Shown here: positions 1-2,325 of the stretch, one piece after another
How the letters are laid out: each line of letters opens with the position of its first letter
How positions within the stretch are numbered: position 1 is the stretch's first letter
From: a virus
Taxonomy: Duplodnaviria; Heunggongvirae; Uroviricota; Caudoviricetes
IMG/VR virus record: IMGVR_UViG_2537561709_000017
Direction: 5' to 3' (one strand)
Length of the DNA stretch: 2,325 bases
Notes under the pieces: model-generated
What the model was told of the DNA's origin: nothing
Database searches by the model: none
What the model saw: only the letters and a program-made list of their open reading frames with translations
Program-made: the position numbers and the translations under genes

Positions 1-264
1 AATTTTCGGGAAATCTCGGAAACGTCAACCAACTCTCCGGTAACTCCGGATGGTTGGATAAGCTGTAGTGAGCGAATGCCGAACGATAAACAGTATGTTT
101 GGTGTTGGGGGAAGTCTTACGGCTGGACTGAGTGCGATACCTTCGAAGGGTATTACGATTGTTCGAGAAACAAATGGTGGGCAGTTACTGACAATGGGGA
201 AGAACCGGCATCGAAAGTAACCCACTGGATGCCGCTACCGGAGCCGCCGCAGGAGGTGAAATGA
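1..264 (+). CDS. DUF551-like phage protein, 3' portion; the 5' end lies upstream of the window
   Basis: Frame 1 is open from nt 1 with no stop until TGA at 262-264, so the ATG at 76 in the ORF track is probably internal. The translation (...PDGWISCSERMPNDKQYVWCWGKS...THWMPLPEPPQEVK) matches my recollection of the DUF551 pattern (W-I-x-C/V-x-E-R-L/M-P near the start, THWMPLPEPP at the C-terminus) seen in small enterobacterial prophage proteins. Same strand and tight spacing with the downstream genes. Family assignment is from memory, not a search. Confidence 0.65.
   Translation, partial: NFREISETSTNSPVTPDGWISCSERMPNDKQYVWCWGKSYGWTECDTFEGYYDCSRNKWWAVTDNGEEPASKVTHWMPLPEPPQEVK
251..258 (+). promoter_or_regulatory. 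Shine-Dalgarno sequence (AGGAGGTG) for the small membrane-peptide ORF
   Basis: AGGAGGTG at 251-258 lies inside the end of the upstream CDS, 2 and 5 nt upstream of the tandem ATG codons at 261 and 264. The upstream stop TGA (262-264) overlaps the start as ATGATGA, the classic arrangement for translational coupling. Confidence 0.5.
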
Positions 265-347
265 TGAATTGGCCTGAAGCATTCACCGCAGTTGGAGTTG
301 CAATAGCGGTGGCATTTATTCTGTATTCGCTTTTCCGCTGGGGATAA
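261..347 (+). CDS. Small hydrophobic peptide, 28 aa (MMNWPEAFTAVGVAIAVAFILYSLFRWG), predicted single-pass membrane protein; not in the supplied ORF track
   Basis: ATG at 261 (or 264) through TAA at 345-347, hand-translated codon by codon. Near-perfect SD immediately upstream, start overlapping the upstream stop. The product is an uninterrupted hydrophobic stretch of about 20 residues flanked by Trp and a charged residue, typical of a single transmembrane helix. It sits in an otherwise unexplained 87-nt gap between two genes. Confidence 0.5.
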   Translation: MMNWPEAFTAVGVAIAVAFILYSLFRWG

Positions 348-351
348 AGGA

Positions 352-594
352 ATGTTCGCTCTGATTCAACGTGGTCAGATATACACGGACAGAGCCGGAT
401 ACCCTGTGGTGATTACTCGCAGTACTCAGCACTCAGTGTTCTTTCGACGCATGGACGGGCGCTCCGGACGGGTACGCATTGGTGAGTTCAACAACCTGTT
501 CGAACATATTGACCAACAGGAGTACCGCAAAATTCTGGCGGGCACTGAGCAGGAAATGCGCCTGAAAAAATTACGCGCAATGCAACGGAGGTGA
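352..594 (+). CDS. Hypothetical small phage protein, 80 aa, basic C-terminal tail
   Basis: ORF with ATG at 352 and TGA at 592-594, on the same strand and tightly packed with its neighbours. A G-rich stretch (GGGGA, 340-344) lies 7 nt upstream of the start. The translation is not low-complexity and has a basic tail (RLKKLRAMQRR). It may belong to a prophage DUF family, possibly DUF4222-like, but I cannot confirm this without a search. Confidence 0.6.
   Translation: MFALIQRGQIYTDRAGYPVVITRSTQHSVFFRRMDGRSGRVRIGEFNNLFEHIDQQEYRKILAGTEQEMRLKKLRAMQRR
587..591 (+). promoter_or_regulatory. Shine-Dalgarno sequence (GGAGG) for the 44-aa ORF
   Basis: GGAGG at 587-591, 6 nt upstream of ATG 598, overlapping the last codons and TGA stop (592-594) of the upstream ORF. 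Confidence 0.5.
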
Positions 595-597
595 TAC

Positions 598-732
598 ATG
601 CATACGGCTTTTGAGTTCTGGGTTCGCAAGACATTCGGCAATCGCTACGACCTGAACCGTGATGTCGACGGCTTCTACTGCCGTGAAGTTGTGAAACGAA
701 TGTTTGACGTGTGGTGCCACTGCCGTGGATGA
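598..732 (+). CDS. Small Cys/His-containing protein, 44 aa (MHTAFEFWVRKTFGNRYDLNRDVDGFYCREVVKRMFDVWCHCRG); not in the supplied ORF track
   Basis: ATG at 598 to TGA at 730-732, hand-translated. Strong SD (GGAGG) 6 nt upstream. The only minus-strand ORFs across this interval look like antisense shadows. The product has C28, C40, H41 and C42 (a C-x11-C-H-C arrangement) that could coordinate a metal ion. It is in the same frame as the upstream 80-aa ORF, separated only by TGA plus one codon. Confidence 0.45.
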   Translation: MHTAFEFWVRKTFGNRYDLNRDVDGFYCREVVKRMFDVWCHCRG

Positions 733-741
733 AAGTTTTAT

Positions 742-745
742 GAGG
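742..745 (+). promoter_or_regulatory. Shine-Dalgarno sequence (GAGG) for the excisionase-like gene
   Basis: GAGG at 742-745, 5 nt upstream of ATG 751. Confidence 0.4.
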
Positions 746-750
746 TTGGC

Positions 751-1005
751 ATGCAGACAATCATCTATCAGATAACCCCCAGCAAATGGTGTACGGAGAG
801 AGTCCTTATTGCATCAACAGGGCTAAAGCCCGGCACCATCGAGCGGGCCAGAAGAAAGTCATGGATGCAGGGAAAAGAATACCGCCATTACGCTGTAGAA
901 GGTGATCCTGGGCATTACAGTGAATGCCTGTACAACATCGAAGAAATTATGCGATGGATCGAAAACCAGAAACAACCAGGTGCCAAAAATGCAAGTTCCG
1001 GTTAA
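751..1005 (+). CDS. xis: Excisionase-like protein (recombination directionality factor), 84 aa
   Basis: Small ORF immediately upstream of, and co-oriented with, a phage tyrosine integrase, with a 33-nt intergenic gap. This is the canonical xis-int arrangement of lambdoid phages. The size and basic patches (KPGTIERARRKSWMQGKEYRHY) are consistent with a small DNA-binding protein. The call rests mainly on position and size; I did not verify sequence-level membership in an excisionase family. Confidence 0.6.
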   Translation: MQTIIYQITPSKWCTERVLIASTGLKPGTIERARRKSWMQGKEYRHYAVEGDPGHYSECLYNIEEIMRWIENQKQPGAKNASSG

Positions 1006-1028
1006 CCTGTTAATGCTCCTGGACGTCT

Positions 1029-1034
1029 GGGAGG
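1029..1034 (+). promoter_or_regulatory. Shine-Dalgarno sequence (GGGAGG) for int
   Basis: GGGAGG at 1029-1034, 4 nt upstream of ATG 1039. Confidence 0.55.
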
Positions 1035-1038
1035 TTTA

Positions 1039-2325
1039 ATGAGTAACGCATCATACCCGACAGGCGTTGAAAACCATGGCGGATCACTCCGTATATGGTT
1101 TCACTATAATGGCAAACGTGTCAGAGAAAACCTCGGTGTTCCTGACACAGCCAAAAACCGGAAGATCGCTGGTGAACTTCGCACTTCCGTTTGTTTTGCA
1201 ATCAGAATGGGGAGTTTCGACTACGCCGCGCAGTTCCCTAATTCCCCTAACCTGAAACACTTTGGTCTGGGAAAAAGAGAGATAACCGTTAAGGCACTTT
1301 CGGAAAAATGGTTGGACCTTAAGAAAATTGAGATTTGTGCGAATGCACTTAACCGTTACCAGTCAGTAATTAAAAACATGTTACCAATGTTAGGTGAAAA
1401 AAAACTGGTTTCATCCATAACAAAAGAGGATTTACTTTTCGTAAGGAGAGATTTGTTGACCGGTTACCAAAAGCTTTCTAATGGAAAGACTTCTTCCATA
1501 AAAGGGCGCTCAGTGGTCACGGTAAACTACTATATGACAACCATAGCTGGAATGTTTCAATTTGCAACAGATAATGGTTATACCTCAGGAAACCCATTTA
1601 ACGGTCTGGCTCCCTTAAAAAAGTCCAAGGTAAAACCAGATCCTCTCACCCGTGACGAATTTATTCGTTTTATTGAGGCTTGCCGTCATCAACAAACAAA
1701 AAACCTGTGGATTCTCGCTGTATACACGGGTATTCGTCACGGGGAGTTGGTATCGCTGGCATGGGAAGATATAGACCTTAAAGCAAGGACTATAACCATC
1801 CGTAGAAATTATACAAAACTTGGCGAATTCACTCCACCAAAAACCGATGCAGGCACCGGAAGGACAATTCATCTGGTTCAACCAGCTATTGATGCTCTTA
1901 AAAGCCAGGCGGAAATGACCATGCTTGGAAAGCAACATTCTGTAGAGGTGAAGCAGAGGGAATATGGGAGAACTGCTGTGCATAAATGCACTTTTGTTTT
2001 TAGTCCTCAGGTAACAAAACAGCAGCAGTTGTCCGGACCTCACTACAAGGTTGACTCCATCAGGGAGTCATGGACAAGTATCTTAAAACGCGCAGGTCTG
2101 AGACACAGAAAATCGTACCAATCCAGGCATACTTATGCATGCTGGTCACTTGCCGCAGGAGCTAATCCTAGTTTTATCGCAAGCCAGATGGGCCACACAA
2201 ACGCACAAATGGTATTCAATGTTTACGGAGCATGGATGAAAGACAACAATCACGAACAGATAGAACTCCTTAACAAAAGACTATCTGAAAGTGTCCCATG
2301 TATGCCCCATAAGAAAGCAGGGTAA
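1039..2325 (+). CDS. int: Phage tyrosine site-specific integrase, 428 aa, with N-terminal arm-type DNA-binding domain
   Basis: Complete 1287-nt ORF. The N-terminus (GSLRIWFHYNGKRVRENLGVPDTAKNRKIAGELR) resembles the arm-binding domain of lambda-family integrases. The C-terminal region carries the tyrosine recombinase catalytic signature by eye alignment: R233 in TGIRHGEL, K268 in PPKTDAG, R363-H364 in SRHTYA, H386 in MGHTNAQM, and the presumptive nucleophile Y396 in NVYGAW (codon TAC at 2224-2226). It is the last gene of the string, preceded by an excisionase-like gene. Confidence 0.95.
   Translation: MSNASYPTGVENHGGSLRIWFHYNGKRVRENLGVPDTAKNRKIAGELRTSVCFAIRMGSFDYAAQFPNSPNLKHFGLGKREITVKALSEKWLDLKKIEICANALNRYQSVIKNMLPMLGEKKLVSSITKEDLLFVRRDLLTGYQKLSNGKTSSIKGRSVVTVNYYMTTIAGMFQFATDNGYTSGNPFNGLAPLKKSKVKPDPLTRDEFIRFIEACRHQQTKNLWILAVYTGIRHGELVSLAWEDIDLKARTITIRRNYTKLGEFTPPKTDAGTGRTIHLVQPAIDALKSQAEMTMLGKQHSVEVKQREYGRTAVHKCTFVFSPQVTKQQQLSGPHYKVDSIRESWTSILKRAGLRHRKSYQSRHTYACWSLAAGANPSFIASQMGHTNAQMVFNVYGAWMKDNNHEQIELLNKRLSESVPCMPHKKAG

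Noticed and set aside
25-225. Minus-strand 66-aa ORF overlapping the DUF551 gene
   Set aside because: It is entirely antisense to a plus-strand ORF with a recognisable domain pattern, and I found no upstream SD. Most likely a shadow ORF.
426-760. Two overlapping minus-strand ORFs (426..641, 71 aa; 488..760, 90 aa)
   Set aside because: They span three co-oriented plus-strand genes that have good ribosome-binding sites. Their translations are Arg/Ser/Cys/His-rich and low-complexity, typical of the antisense of coding sequence.
828-848. Inverted repeat GCCCG-N11-CGGGC within the excisionase-like gene
   Set aside because: Short 5-bp stem with a large loop and no following T-run, located inside a coding sequence. 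Not a credible intrinsic terminator.
751-1005. Search for a lambda pI-like, CII-dependent promoter (TTGC-N6-TTGC) inside the excisionase-like gene
   Set aside because: No TTGC-N6-TTGC pair was found by eye in this interval. int expression here is more simply explained by read-through from the upstream operon plus its own SD.
1168-1175. Chi-like octamer GCTGGTGA
   Set aside because: One mismatch from the Chi consensus GCTGGTGG at the last position, so not a functional Chi site on present evidence.
1067-1255. Plus-strand 62-aa ORF in an alternative frame inside int
   Set aside because: It is fully embedded in the integrase gene, whose frame carries the recognisable arm-binding domain sequence. 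No independent start signal.
1456-1484. Promoter-like TTGACC-N17-TAATGG motif on the plus strand inside int
   Set aside because: The -10 element lacks the conserved final T, the motif is in the middle of a coding sequence with no downstream gene start to serve, and AT-rich DNA produces such matches by chance.
1615-2043. Minus-strand 142-aa ORF inside int
   Set aside because: It is antisense to the integrase catalytic-domain coding region, which carries clear tyrosine-recombinase motifs. AT-rich sequence tends to give long spurious antisense ORFs.

Overview
This window reads as the integration end of a lambdoid-type enterobacterial prophage: one tightly packed, same-strand (+) gene string ending in excisionase-like and tyrosine integrase genes. 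In order: the 3' part of a DUF551-like protein (1..264), a 28-aa single-transmembrane peptide ORF (261..347), an 80-aa hypothetical protein (352..594), a 44-aa Cys/His-containing ORF (598..732), an 84-aa excisionase-like protein (751..1005) and a 428-aa integrase (1039..2325) whose stop codon is the last three bases of the window. The two smallest ORFs are absent from the supplied ORF track but each has a strong Shine-Dalgarno sequence. I see no evidence for a defence system, CRISPR array, RNA gene or transposon. The points most worth a second look are the two unlisted small ORFs, an in-frame TGA separating the 80-aa and 44-aa ORFs, the fact that all five larger genes share one reading frame, and an AT-rich integrase gene suggesting a mosaic junction. 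attP and the prophage boundary should lie just beyond the window end. All protein-family assignments are from reading the translations by eye; no database search was run.
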